A stretch of DNA of 64,000 bases from Limnochordia bacterium (GTDB lineage: Bacteria; Bacillota; Limnochordia; Darwinibacteriales; DTU012): positions 5,404 through 69,403 of the forward strand of contig SKJB01000083.1 of assembly GCA_007116145.1 (NCBI GenBank), given 5' to 3'. Below the pieces are notes generated by a model. It saw only the letters and a program-made list of their open reading frames with translations, searched no databases and was not told where the DNA came from. How positions within the stretch are numbered: the first letter of the stretch is position 1; every line of letters begins with the position of its first letter. The position numbers were made by a program, and so were the translations under genes. Positions 9,672 through 19,708 of the stretch are shown here, piece after piece.

Positions 9672-9710
9672 TAAGCACTCCATAACTTTTAAACGTAATG
9701 AGGCGATCCT

Positions 9711-10190
9711 ATGCTTTTGCCCAATTTAGTCGGGCTATTATCGGTAATTCTACTGGTTGTAATGATGTTCTTTTTCGTACCTAGAGAAGAGGTCCGACAC
9801 TTGCTGCCTTTTGGCCTCACTTTCGGCTTTGGAACTGCAATAATTTTATTACTACTTATGCAAAACATCTACAACTTTTGGCAGTTTATTCAAACAGATT
9901 TTCTCTATCTCTTTAACATTCCACTGCTCATCTCAGCGGCTTGGATACCCACAGTTATAATTTTTGCCCATTGGGTCAAAAACGAAGTGTCGTTTATGAG
10001 GCTGTTGGTTACTATTAGCTTGTTTGCAGGCGGCGCAACACTAGTGCATTATTTCCTGATTGCTAATCAGATGCTTGTCTACGAGAACTGGAGCTTAGTA
10101 CTCACATTTACGGTATCGTTTATCATTCATGTTGTGATAACTGGTTATCTGTATATGGTAGGTAGAATAACCAAAATTGGGCTCACCTAG
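9711..10190 (+). CDS. Hypothetical multi-pass membrane protein upstream of the ger operon
   Basis: 159 aa, about 5 hydrophobic segments, GAGG RBS. Confidence 0.7.
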   Translation: MLLPNLVGLLSVILLVVMMFFFVPREEVRHLLPFGLTFGFGTAIILLLLMQNIYNFWQFIQTDFLYLFNIPLLISAAWIPTVIIFAHWVKNEVSFMRLLVTISLFAGGATLVHYFLIANQMLVYENWSLVLTFTVSFIIHVVITGYLYMVGRITKIGLT

Positions 10191-10253
10191 ACCACACAAT
10201 GTCTTTAGATAACTTTAGCATTAATGAATAATTCAGCTTTTTGACCAAATACT

Positions 10254-11729
10254 ATGACTATGAAACTATCTAAATCAATCGAAAAAAACCTCGAAATATT
10301 CCAGCAGAAAATTTTCCATGATGACGATGTTATCCGATACAGACGATTTACTCTGGGAAATACGCAAATAAAGTGCGGAATAATCTTTATTGATAGTATG
10401 ATCGATAAAGATTATCTTGGCGAGAACGTTATTTCTCCACTAACGCGCTGTAAATCGGAATCTATTCATTTACGCGAGATCTATCCATCCATTGAAAATA
10501 TCATTGCTGTCGAATCCCTAAGGATATCAAAAGGACTAGAGCAGATGATTGAGGGCATCCTCTACGGCGATGCCCTGTTACTCATTGACGGCACCGATTT
10601 AGGAATGATATTAAGCGTTAAAGGCTGGGAGTACCGCAGCATTAGTGAGCCCACTTCTGAGAGTGTAGTACGGGGATCTCGAGAAGGATTTACCGAGTCC
10701 ATCATCATAAACATCTCGCTACTGCGACGTAAAATCCAGGATTCTCGTCTAAAGTTTAAAATGCAGGAACTAGGCAGACGTACAAAAACGAAGATAGCTA
10801 TCTGTTATATCGAAGATCTGGTTTCGCCGCAAATCCTGCAGGAAGTCTTTGAACGGATCAACAAGATTGACATAGATGGCATTTTGGAATCTGGTTATAT
10901 TGAGGAACTAATCAAAGATTCTCCATTAAGTCCTTTTAAAACTGTGGGGCATACAGAACGTCCCGATATCTTAGCAGGCAAAATACTAGAAGGACGAGTA
11001 GGAATTCTCTGTGATGGAACTCCTTTTGTATTAACAGTACCCTTCATCTTTATGGAGGGGTTTCAAAGCAATGAAGACTATTACCGCAACTGGGCTTTAG
11101 CTTCTTTGGACCGGATGCTACGCTATGTCGGTTTTTTTATTACAACAAGCACTCCAGCCATTTATCTATCTCTAATCACCTATCACCAGGAAATGATTCC
11201 GACACCACTGCTCCTAAGCATCTCTGCCGCGAGAGAAGGAATCCCGTTCCCTACCATTTTCGAACTCATTGTGCTTGGATTAGTTTTTGAAATTCTGCGC
11301 GAGGGAGGAGTCCGTCTTCCTTCGCCAATCGGTCAAGCCCTTAGTATCGTCGGTGCTATTGTTTTAGGTGATGCAGCCGTAACTGCAAATTTTGTGAGCG
11401 CTCCTATGATTATTGTCATTGCTCTAACTGGAATCTCAAGCTTTGTGATCCCGCAATTTTTAGGGGTTGTGATTCTTATCCGCTTAGCCTTCGTTTTGTT
11501 TGCGTCCGTACTAGGACTTTACGGCTTTGTTTTTGCAGTCATTGGGCTATTTATTCACCTGATGTCAATTCGCTCTTTTGGTATTCCCTATATGACAGAG
11601 CTATCCTCATATAAACTCGAAGATGTTAAAGATACAGTGATCCGGGCCCCCTGGTGGTGGATGCAACGCCGGCCAAAACTGATCACAAAAAAAAATAGAC
11701 CGAAACGCAAAAGGATTGAAGGCAAATGA
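10254..11729 (+). CDS. Spore germination receptor A subunit (GerKA/GerAA family)
   Basis: RGSREGFTE, TERPD, DGTPFVL, REGIPFP, EILREGGVRLP. Confidence 0.93.
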   Translation: MTMKLSKSIEKNLEIFQQKIFHDDDVIRYRRFTLGNTQIKCGIIFIDSMIDKDYLGENVISPLTRCKSESIHLREIYPSIENIIAVESLRISKGLEQMIEGILYGDALLLIDGTDLGMILSVKGWEYRSISEPTSESVVRGSREGFTESIIINISLLRRKIQDSRLKFKMQELGRRTKTKIAICYIEDLVSPQILQEVFERINKIDIDGILESGYIEELIKDSPLSPFKTVGHTERPDILAGKILEGRVGILCDGTPFVLTVPFIFMEGFQSNEDYYRNWALASLDRMLRYVGFFITTSTPAIYLSLITYHQEMIPTPLLLSISAAREGIPFPTIFELIVLGLVFEILREGGVRLPSPIGQALSIVGAIVLGDAAVTANFVSAPMIIVIALTGISSFVIPQFLGVVILIRLAFVLFASVLGLYGFVFAVIGLFIHLMSIRSFGIPYMTELSSYKLEDVKDTVIRAPWWWMQRRPKLITKKNRPKRKRIEGK

Positions 11730-12865
11730 AGCACTTGATTCTCTTACTCATTGCAGCTCTACTCTTGGCTGGCTGTTGGAATTATCGTGAAATTGATAAC
11801 TTAGCCATTGCGTTGGGGTTAGCCGTTGACAAAGGTGAAGGCGACTCATATATAGTCACAGTTGAAATTATTAACCTCGAGGGAGCTGGGCCAGAGTCCG
11901 AATTTAAACCAACTACTGTCCAAGCACAATCCGATACGATTTTCGGTGCTATTCGCAGGCTCATCACAGTAACTGGCAAAAAACTTTATTGGGCCCATGC
12001 GAAAGTAGTAATTATCAGCGAAGAAATCGCACGTGAAGGTATCCTACCCATCCTAGACTTTGTGCAGCGCGATGCAGAAATTCGGTCAGATGTGTGGCTG
12101 TTAGTTTCTAAGGAAGAAACGGCTGCTGAAATTTTAGCAAGCACTCCACTCGTTGAATCAAGTATCTCGCAACAACTAAGTCAAATCTTACAACATCATG
12201 CTCCAGAGCCAAAATCAATTCCTGAAGAATTATGGAATTTCATGCAAAAACTCACAGCTCCAGGTATTGCCCCTGTAATAGCTACAGTTGGACTGGTAGA
12301 GCAAGGCGAAGAGAAGCTTACGCGTATTAAAGGGGTAGCTTTTTTTCGTAGAGATAAAATGGTGGGATGGTTAGATGGAAAGGAGAGCCTAGCTCTGTCT
12401 TACCTACTCAATGAGTCAATCTCAGGACTAATTGTACTACGGTACGAGGAATCGGGTCTTACCGCGCAAATCACTTATGAGGTTGTAGGTAATAAGACAG
12501 AGTTCCAACCCTTCATTAAAGATGATCAAATAACAATGGGTATCGTAACGAATCTCCAGGTTATTCTCGCAGAGGTAGCCAATCAAAAAGTGGATTTTAG
12601 TCAACCTAGTGTTCGTAGCAAACTAGAGAGCGATTTAGCAGAGCATCTTGAGGAATTGATGAAGCGCACAATTATCAAACTGCAACAATATAACAGTGAT
12701 GCGGTAGGATTGGGCAGTGTTTTACGGCGCAGAGACCCAGAAGCGTGGAAACTAGTAGCGGATGATTGGCCTGCAGTTTTTGGCAGCTTGCAAACGGATA
12801 TCCGAGTAAAACCCGTTATTCGCGCAAGTGCCTTGGTCTCAAAACCCATTGAAATGAGGGATTGA
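11726..12865 (+). CDS. Spore germination receptor C subunit lipoprotein (Ger(x)C)
   Basis: Lipobox LAGCWNYREID, LAVDKG, LYWAHAKVVII. Confidence 0.92.
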   Translation: MKHLILLLIAALLLAGCWNYREIDNLAIALGLAVDKGEGDSYIVTVEIINLEGAGPESEFKPTTVQAQSDTIFGAIRRLITVTGKKLYWAHAKVVIISEEIAREGILPILDFVQRDAEIRSDVWLLVSKEETAAEILASTPLVESSISQQLSQILQHHAPEPKSIPEELWNFMQKLTAPGIAPVIATVGLVEQGEEKLTRIKGVAFFRRDKMVGWLDGKESLALSYLLNESISGLIVLRYEESGLTAQITYEVVGNKTEFQPFIKDDQITMGIVTNLQVILAEVANQKVDFSQPSVRSKLESDLAEHLEELMKRTIIKLQQYNSDAVGLGSVLRRRDPEAWKLVADDWPAVFGSLQTDIRVKPVIRASALVSKPIEMRD

Positions 12866-12866
12866 T

Positions 12867-13094
12867 ATGCAGGTGGTCCTCCTCACTACAACTCTAATTT
12901 TGATAGTCATAGCTGAAATAAAACTTTGGCATCAGAAAGATACACCAAAAATTATCTTCTATTGTATCTTAATGCTTTGTGCTTATGGTTTATCGGTATT
13001 ACAGATGACTGAAACAACCATTTTCAATCCATCCGTACTTATTGAGACCATTATTTCGGCACTACAAAACGATAATAGCGAGGGTCTTAGATGA
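12867..13094 (+). CDS. Small two-TM protein, possible Ger receptor D subunit
   Basis: 75 aa, two hydrophobic helices, coupled between the C and B subunit genes. Confidence 0.6.
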   Translation: MQVVLLTTTLILIVIAEIKLWHQKDTPKIIFYCILMLCAYGLSVLQMTETTIFNPSVLIETIISALQNDNSEGLR

Positions 13095-14179
13095 AATTAG
13101 AAGTATTATCGGAGCAGCAAGCTATATCTCTTATGGTCCTCTTTATCTCAGGAAGCGCTGTAGTCCTGAGTATTGGAGGACAAGCTGGTGGTGATATCTG
13201 GTTAGCCGTCATTCTCAGTGGATTACTTGCACTTCCTATTGTGACTGTGTATGCTCGATTACATAGTCTTTATCCTCATTATGATGCTTTTCAGATAATT
13301 ATTGTGATCTTTGGCAACACGTTTGGGCGCTTGATCTGCCTGGTGTATACCTGGTTTGCCTTCCACCTTGGCGCACTTGTGCTACGTAACTTCGGTGAAT
13401 TTATTATTACAGTTGGTCTCGAAGAGACACCGCAGTTATTTCCAGTTACCTTGTTCGCTCTTCTCTGTTTGTGGATAGTGAAAGAAGGAATTGAGGTACT
13501 CGGACGCTGGAGTAATTTTTTCTTTCGCTTTGCTATTATTATCGTACTCATTACCACTGCACTTGCCTTGCCTGAACTGAATATGGATCACTTTCGCCCC
13601 TTTCTATTTAATGGTATAATGCCAGTACTCCAGGGTACTGCCAATGTATTTGCTTTTCCTTTTGCCCAGACTATCGTGCTCTGGCTAGCTTTTTCTGGCT
13701 TTCAAAAGCGCTCATCTCCATATAGGATCTACTGGTTAGGGATACTCATGGGAACTCTCGTAATCTTAATTATAACAACCTTAGTGGTAGCCATCATTGG
13801 AGTAGAAATATATAAGCACTCCTACTTTCCTGCTTACATTGCCATTGCTCGTTTAAATATCGCAGACTTTGTTCAGCGCTTAGAAATCATTGTTGCTATT
13901 ATGTTTATTATCAGTAGTTTTGTCAAAGTGAGTACTTGCTTATTGGCTACCTGCAAAGGAGTGGCTGCGATCACCAACTTTCACGACTACCGTTTTACTG
14001 TTACCCCTATTACACTACTTATGATTAGCACCTCGTATTTTCTTTTTGATGACATCATGCAGATGCTATTTTGGGCACAGGATATTTGGCCTATCTATGC
14101 ATTTCCTTTTCAAGTAATTCTCCCTATTATCGTCCTCATTGGTGGAGAGTACAGAGCAAAATCACTAAAGAAGCAGTAA
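13091..14179 (+). CDS. Spore germination receptor B subunit (APC-like permease)
   Basis: About 10 TMs, DIWLA, ETP, GIEVLGR, FVQRLE. Confidence 0.9.
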   Translation: MKLEVLSEQQAISLMVLFISGSAVVLSIGGQAGGDIWLAVILSGLLALPIVTVYARLHSLYPHYDAFQIIIVIFGNTFGRLICLVYTWFAFHLGALVLRNFGEFIITVGLEETPQLFPVTLFALLCLWIVKEGIEVLGRWSNFFFRFAIIIVLITTALALPELNMDHFRPFLFNGIMPVLQGTANVFAFPFAQTIVLWLAFSGFQKRSSPYRIYWLGILMGTLVILIITTLVVAIIGVEIYKHSYFPAYIAIARLNIADFVQRLEIIVAIMFIISSFVKVSTCLLATCKGVAAITNFHDYRFTVTPITLLMISTSYFLFDDIMQMLFWAQDIWPIYAFPFQVILPIIVLIGGEYRAKSLKKQ

Positions 14180-14211
14180 CTCAAAGCACTATTAAAACAA
14201 AGTACTATGTT

Positions 14212-14239
14212 GCAGGAATTAAAATTTGGATGTGGAACT
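14212..14239 (+). promoter_or_regulatory. Sigma-H-type promoter
   Basis: GCAGGA-17 nt-GAACT. Confidence 0.5.
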
Positions 14240-14277
14240 AATATGAATAGGAAGATATATACTCTATAGGGAAAGGG

Positions 14278-15450
14278 TTGGATGCTATGAAGGTAAATTT
14301 ATTCACTCTAATACTAATTGCATTTGTTACTGCAGGCTGTGCTACGATCGAGATTACTCCCCAACTACCTGGTGGCTTAGTTGGATACGTCTATATCCAA
14401 GAAGGTGTAGGAGCAGCTTCAACTGGTGAATCAGCAATCATTGTTAGCGGTGAAGTAATGAATGATCCAAACTATAAGCCTTTAACGGGAGCAAAGGCTA
14501 CGCTATCTGGTTCAAGTCCTGTGTATACGAACAGTTCTGGGAGATTTAGCATTGATGGAATTTCTCCGGGTTGGAAAAGTCTAACTATCGATCATGATAA
14601 TATTCGTCCCGTTCGTCAATCTGTAATCATTCAATCTGGAAAAACTACCTATCTCACCAACCAGAACAGTATAGACGCGGGGATTGGCTGGTATCTGATT
14701 ATTGGAATAGAACGTTATGGACATTTAGCATACCCACAATATTCCTCTATGGGGGCAGACAAAGATGCTACAAGTATCTGGGATGAATTGTTTTTAAGAA
14801 ACGATTTAGCCGGTATGGGAAAACTCTTAATCAATAGCGAAGCAACCAAAAAAGAGATCAAGGATTGGATTCAATATGCCAACACACATAGTAAGCCAAA
14901 CGATTATCTGGTAGTGTATTACGCTGGGTTGACTCTAGAACACATACGCAAGGATGAAGTCTATTATCCGACTACTGGTGGTCTACATCATATTCTTCCA
15001 TATGATGCACAATTAAGTAACAACAGCGATCTAGATCGAACCCTTATCAGCGATGGTGAATTAGAACTCTGGTTAAGTGATTTTAAAGGACAGGATGTAA
15101 CAGTTATTCTCGAAGCAAGCTACTCGGGTACCTTTATAGATGGTAATTCTACGTTTCCACTTCTACCATTTGCCTTAAGAAGAGCAGGTTACACCGTGAT
15201 TACAGCCACAGATAGTGATACCAAGGCAACTTATGATCCTCATCTAGGAGATTCTGGGCAGAGCGTTTTTACCCATTTCCTTGTCCATGGGCTACAAACC
15301 ATTAATACCGATGATGGTAAAATAACCGCTAACCAACTCTATGTACATGTTAGAGATGAAATGGCTTCCTACTTTGGGACTGCTCCTGACCGACATGTAC
15401 CCCAACTTTACGTAGGCCATTCCCGCTCCCCTGTCGTATATCGCTACTAA
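14278..15450 (+). CDS. Lipoprotein with beta-sandwich domain and caspase-like (C14) domain lacking the catalytic His/Cys
   Basis: Lipobox TAGC; TNSSGRFSIDGISPG; LIIGIERY, ATKKEI, YYAGLT, ILEASYSG, SVFTHFLVHGL, DGKIT, HVPQ. Start may be ATG 14287. Confidence 0.75.
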   Translation: MDAMKVNLFTLILIAFVTAGCATIEITPQLPGGLVGYVYIQEGVGAASTGESAIIVSGEVMNDPNYKPLTGAKATLSGSSPVYTNSSGRFSIDGISPGWKSLTIDHDNIRPVRQSVIIQSGKTTYLTNQNSIDAGIGWYLIIGIERYGHLAYPQYSSMGADKDATSIWDELFLRNDLAGMGKLLINSEATKKEIKDWIQYANTHSKPNDYLVVYYAGLTLEHIRKDEVYYPTTGGLHHILPYDAQLSNNSDLDRTLISDGELELWLSDFKGQDVTVILEASYSGTFIDGNSTFPLLPFALRRAGYTVITATDSDTKATYDPHLGDSGQSVFTHFLVHGLQTINTDDGKITANQLYVHVRDEMASYFGTAPDRHVPQLYVGHSRSPVVYRY

Positions 15451-15483
15451 TCGTTAGTCTAACTAAGAGCAGGAGGTTTTATC

Positions 15484-16254
15484 ATGAAAAAATTTGTTCT
15501 ATCAGTATTAATCGCTCTATTACTCACATCACCCGTATTAGCCTTTACACCAAAAGAATATGTATCCGATCGAATCATGGCAGTATCTTGGCTAACCAAT
15601 GATACAGTCTATGTGGCTATTGCTAATAATACCTTATCAAGAAATACCTATACGATTGAAACCTATGAAGCAAACCGTCGCAATCCTGTAGACCGCCAGA
15701 GTGTTGTGATCCCATCTCGTTCAGTACTCATTGAAGCATTCCCATTGCGCGCAAACCAGCTTCGTCAGGAGTGGCCGATTCAAGAAGTGGTGGTCGCGGA
15801 TCGCTACAATTCTGTAACCATCACTGTACAATACGACAAGTATCTAAGCGTTAAGGATTATGTGATGCGCGCCAATACGAACATTAATATTGATGTTGAT
15901 TTATTAGCAATTACTAGGAATACAAGTTATGGTCAGTTACTTGTAGACGATGAGTATAGTATCAACAGTGGAGGTCGCGGTCGTATCACGATTGGTGCAT
16001 TTGAGGGTGGTTACACCGTTTCCCACGGACGAAATCGGGTGGAATACCGTCCCCCATATATGCAACTAAGTATGCGGGCCCCCTTCATGCAAGGTGTGGG
16101 AATCTTGACCTTTGGGATGATGCACTTAATCGATGGACCTGGCAATAATTTCCGTGAATATATCCAAGGTCCTCAAATCATGGTATATGGTTCTGATGTC
16201 TGGTTAATTGATAACACCGTCCCCGCTAGGAGCTCTGATCGCGTAACAAAGTAA
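15484..16254 (+). CDS. Hypothetical secreted protein
   Basis: AGGAGG RBS, signal peptide MKKFVLSVLIALLLTSPVLA, beta-rich composition. Confidence 0.8.
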   Translation: MKKFVLSVLIALLLTSPVLAFTPKEYVSDRIMAVSWLTNDTVYVAIANNTLSRNTYTIETYEANRRNPVDRQSVVIPSRSVLIEAFPLRANQLRQEWPIQEVVVADRYNSVTITVQYDKYLSVKDYVMRANTNINIDVDLLAITRNTSYGQLLVDDEYSINSGGRGRITIGAFEGGYTVSHGRNRVEYRPPYMQLSMRAPFMQGVGILTFGMMHLIDGPGNNFREYIQGPQIMVYGSDVWLIDNTVPARSSDRVTK

Positions 16255-16266
16255 AGAATATCGCGC

Positions 16267-16299
16267 AAAAAGAACGGATCCGCTGAGCCGTTCTTTTTT
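16267..16299. terminator. Bidirectional terminator
   Basis: AAAAAGAACGG...CCGTTCTTTTTT between convergent genes. Confidence 0.8.
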
Positions 16300-16308
16300 G
16301 TGTGTACC

Positions 16309-17244
16309 TTAATCCCGATCAAATAACGTGGTAGAAAGATAGCGTTCGCCAGTATCTGGTAATAGTACTACGACCACTTTCCCTGCATTTTCGGGGCGTT
16401 GGGCTAAATGTGTCGCAGCATACACGGCTGCACCTGATGATATGCCCACAATTAGTCCTTCGAATTCCGCTAATTTCCGAGCTGTAGCAAAAGCATCCTC
16501 ATTACTTACTTTTACTACTTCATCATAAATTGCAGTGTTCAAAATTGCAGGGACGAAACCTGCACCAATGCCTTGAATTCGATGAGGTCCTGGAATTCCA
16601 CCTGATAATACAGGAGAATCAGTCGGTTCGACTGCTACGATCTGCACTTCAGGCTTGCGTTCTTTTAAGACCTCTCCCACACCGGTGATCGTCCCCCCTG
16701 TTCCGACTCCAGCAACAAAAATGTCCACCTCACCATCAGTGTCACTCCAGATCTCCTCTGCCGTAGTTTTCCTATGCATCCTAGGATTAGCAGGATTTTC
16801 AAACTGCTGAGGTATAAATGAATTTGGTGTTTCTGCAGCAATCTCTTGGGCCTTAGCGATTGCACCTTTCATTCCTTGCGCTCCAGGTGTTAAAACCAGT
16901 GTGACCCCATAGGCTCCAAGCAAATTTCGACGTTCAACACTCATAGTATCAGGCATAACTAAAACAAGCTTATACCCTCTCGCAGCAGCTACAAGAGCGA
17001 GCGCAATACCTGTGTTACCACTAGTGGGCTCAATAATCACACTATCCGGATTTAGTAACCCATCGTCTTCAGCCTGTTTAATCATGGCAAATCCGATTCG
17101 ATCTTTAACACTTCCACCTGGATTATAGAACTCTAGTTTGGCTATAACTCTTGACTTTAGCTTGTGCTTTCTGGCAAAGTTTGTAAGCTCTAAAAGCGGT
17201 GTATTTCCAATTAGTTCGGTTAAATTCCTAGCTACCTTCCTCAC
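16309..17244 (-). CDS. cysK: Cysteine synthase A
   Basis: [39 protein letters not shown]. Confidence 0.97.
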   Translation of the reverse strand: MRKVARNLTELIGNTPLLELTNFARKHKLKSRVIAKLEFYNPGGSVKDRIGFAMIKQAEDDGLLNPDSVIIEPTSGNTGIALALVAAARGYKLVLVMPDTMSVERRNLLGAYGVTLVLTPGAQGMKGAIAKAQEIAAETPNSFIPQQFENPANPRMHRKTTAEEIWSDTDGEVDIFVAGVGTGGTITGVGEVLKERKPEVQIVAVEPTDSPVLSGGIPGPHRIQGIGAGFVPAILNTAIYDEVVKVSNEDAFATARKLAEFEGLIVGISSGAAVYAATHLAQRPENAGKVVVVLLPDTGERYLSTTLFDRD

Positions 17245-17265
17245 ACTAAATTCCTCCCAATATTA

Positions 17266-17290
17266 AATACCTAGTATTCTTACCAGATTA
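17266..17290. promoter_or_regulatory. Possible Rrf2-family (CymR-like) operator in the cysK leader
   Basis: Imperfect inverted repeat AATACCTAGTATTCTTACCAGATTA between promoter and RBS; the regulator assignment is inference. Confidence 0.3.
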
Positions 17291-17307
17291 TCCGATTTTA
17301 TTGTTCC

Positions 17308-17336
17308 ATTATATTTGTGTGATCCAATTCTGTCAA
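17308..17336 (-). promoter_or_regulatory. Sigma-A promoter of cysK
   Basis: Minus strand TTGACA-17 nt-TATAAT. Confidence 0.85.
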
Positions 17337-17459
17337 CATGTATACTTTGTCAATTTATGCGATTATCGTGTACACCCTTACCATTACTACCCAATCCATC
17401 CGTATACTATGGTAACCACGGAAACCTGCATTCGGCTTTAACAGGAGGATACGTTGTGT

Positions 17460-17514
17460 TTGACAGACGAACCAATATTTAGTACAATACAAATAGTTAG
17501 GTGCCTAACTATTT
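17460..17514 (+). promoter_or_regulatory. Sigma-A promoter and MarR operator
   Basis: TTGACA-17 nt-TACAAT followed by the perfect inverted repeat AAATAGTTAGG-TG-CCTAACTATTT (17491-17514). Confidence 0.8.
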
Positions 17515-17534
17515 TCCGAGAGGGGGATCCATGC

Positions 17535-17975
17535 ATGCATAAGCAAAACAACTCCATTGACTCCCTATTTATTAGCGTAGCGAAACTTCACTACAGTCGG
17601 GCTCAAGACCTATTTAATAAACTAGGCTTACATAGAGGTCAACCCCCTATTCTCTTTGTTCTGTGGGAACAAGATGGAAGAACCCAAAGAGAGATAAGTG
17701 AGCGACTGATGAGTACACCAGCCACCGTCACAGTCATTCTGCAACGTATGGAGAAAAGTGGATTCATTATCCGCAAGCCCGATCGCCATGACCTCCGTGT
17801 CTCCCGGGTTTATCTCACAGATAAAGGCAAGGAGATTCGCTCCGCTGTAGAGGATACGCTCAAAGATTTAGAAGCACAAACCTTCGCTAATTTTAACACA
17901 GAAGAGCTAGCCCTAATACGACGCTTTTTTATCCAAATTAAGGAGAACTTACTAAAACCAGGAGGAACAGCATGA
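17535..17975 (+). CDS. MarR-family transcriptional regulator
   Basis: GQPPILF, DGRTQREI, RMEKSGFI, DLRVSRVYLTDKG; start moved to ATG 17535. Confidence 0.9.
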   Translation: MHKQNNSIDSLFISVAKLHYSRAQDLFNKLGLHRGQPPILFVLWEQDGRTQREISERLMSTPATVTVILQRMEKSGFIIRKPDRHDLRVSRVYLTDKGKEIRSAVEDTLKDLEAQTFANFNTEELALIRRFFIQIKENLLKPGGTA

Positions 17976-19708
17976 TCAAATTATTCGCTTTTCTCAAACC
18001 CTATTGGAAAGTAGCCCTATTAGCCCCCTTACTAATGCTAGTTGAAGTAATTACCGATTTATACCAACCCTTATTGATGGCAAGCATTATTGACCAAGGA
18101 ATAGCCCAGGGTGATGTTTCGTTTATCATCCAGACTGGCATAAAAATGATTGGAATAGCAGTCATTGGGATGGTTGGTGGTTTTGGGTGTACTATCGCAG
18201 CAAGCATCGCCGCTCAAAGCTTCGGTGCTGATTTACGGACCGAACTATTTACGAGAGTGCAATCATTCTCGTTTACTAATTTGGATAAATTCAAGAGCTC
18301 TTCATTAATAACACGTTTAACAAATGACGTTACCCAGGTGCAAAATATTGTATTGATGTCCTTACGAATGATGGTCCGTGCCCCCCTACTCTGCATCGGT
18401 GGAATCATCATGACCGTTCGGATTAATCCACAATTAGCAGCCATTCTTCTCGTGGCGATTCCCGTATTAGTAATCGCTATGGGATTTATTATTAAAGCTG
18501 GGTATCCCCTTTTCTCCATTGTGCAACAAAGACTAGACAGGGTAAATAATGTGATGCAAGAAAATCTCGCTGGTGTACGCATCATTAAAGCCTTTGTCCG
18601 CGGTGATCAAGAAAAGAAACGTTTTGCTAAGGCAAATGCTGATCTCATGGAAATCACAATGAAAGCTTCACGCCTTGTGGCATTAGCGATGCCATTAATC
18701 ATGTTAATCATGAATTTGAGTATCGTAGCGGTTCTCTGGTTTGGCGGGATTCAAGTTAATGCTGGCACCATGCAGGTCGGTCAGGTTATAGCCTTTATAA
18801 ACTATATGACACAAATTCTCTTCTCTCTAATGATGGTAGCATTTATTTTTATCATGATATCACGTGCTAAAGCATCGGCGGACCGCATATGTGAAGTTAT
18901 TGAAACCCAGGTAGATATCGAAGACAGTCCATTGGCCACCGACTTCAAGCCCGAAGCTGGTCATGTAGTCTTTGACAATGTTAGCTTTCAGTATGCAGAA
19001 GCCCAGGGAGATCCCGTGCTAAAGAATATCAGTTTCTCTGCGAATCCAGGAGAAACCGTTGCTATTCTTGGAGGAACCGGTTCAGGAAAAACTACTCTAG
19101 TCAGTCTCATTCCACGGCTATACGATGTAACGGCTGGCCGAATTTTGCTTGACAATCAAGATATTCGCCACATCAAACTCCAAACCTTACGCCAAGCTGT
19201 AAGTATTGTATTGCAGGATTCTCGACTTTTCACAGGTACTATTGGAGATAATATCCGGTGGGGCGATGAGGAAGCAACCGATAGTGAGCTGCGGCAAACA
19301 GCCGAGATGGCTCAAGCTCATGAATTCATCACGAAGTTTCAAAAAGGTTATAATACGATGCTTGGACAACGAGGTGTGAATGTCTCAGGAGGGCAAAAAC
19401 AGCGTATTTCCATTGCACGAGCTCTTTTAAAAAGACCATGCATATTAATTCTTGACGATAGTACGAGTGCAGTGGACTTAGGGACCGAAGCTCGCATCCA
19501 ACAGGCACTACAAGCGCGCAAGAGCAACACAACTACATTTGTAATCGCACAACGTATTACATCCGTTATGCATGCAGACAAAATTCTTGTGCTTGATGAC
19601 GGAGCCATCGTGGCGTCTGGTACCCACCAACAATTACTAAATACGAGCCCTATTTACCAAGACATTTACCAATCACAGCTCGGCGAGGAGGATGTCATTA
19701 ATGGCTAA
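17972..19708 (+). CDS. Heterodimeric ABC exporter subunit (degenerate site)
   Basis: TMD plus NBD; GGTGSGKT, VSGGQKQR, ILDD and IAQ substitutions. Confidence 0.93.
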   Translation: MIKLFAFLKPYWKVALLAPLLMLVEVITDLYQPLLMASIIDQGIAQGDVSFIIQTGIKMIGIAVIGMVGGFGCTIAASIAAQSFGADLRTELFTRVQSFSFTNLDKFKSSSLITRLTNDVTQVQNIVLMSLRMMVRAPLLCIGGIIMTVRINPQLAAILLVAIPVLVIAMGFIIKAGYPLFSIVQQRLDRVNNVMQENLAGVRIIKAFVRGDQEKKRFAKANADLMEITMKASRLVALAMPLIMLIMNLSIVAVLWFGGIQVNAGTMQVGQVIAFINYMTQILFSLMMVAFIFIMISRAKASADRICEVIETQVDIEDSPLATDFKPEAGHVVFDNVSFQYAEAQGDPVLKNISFSANPGETVAILGGTGSGKTTLVSLIPRLYDVTAGRILLDNQDIRHIKLQTLRQAVSIVLQDSRLFTGTIGDNIRWGDEEATDSELRQTAEMAQAHEFITKFQKGYNTMLGQRGVNVSGGQKQRISIARALLKRPCILILDDSTSAVDLGTEARIQQALQARKSNTTTFVIAQRITSVMHADKILVLDDGAIVASGTHQQLLNTSPIYQDIYQSQLGEEDVING

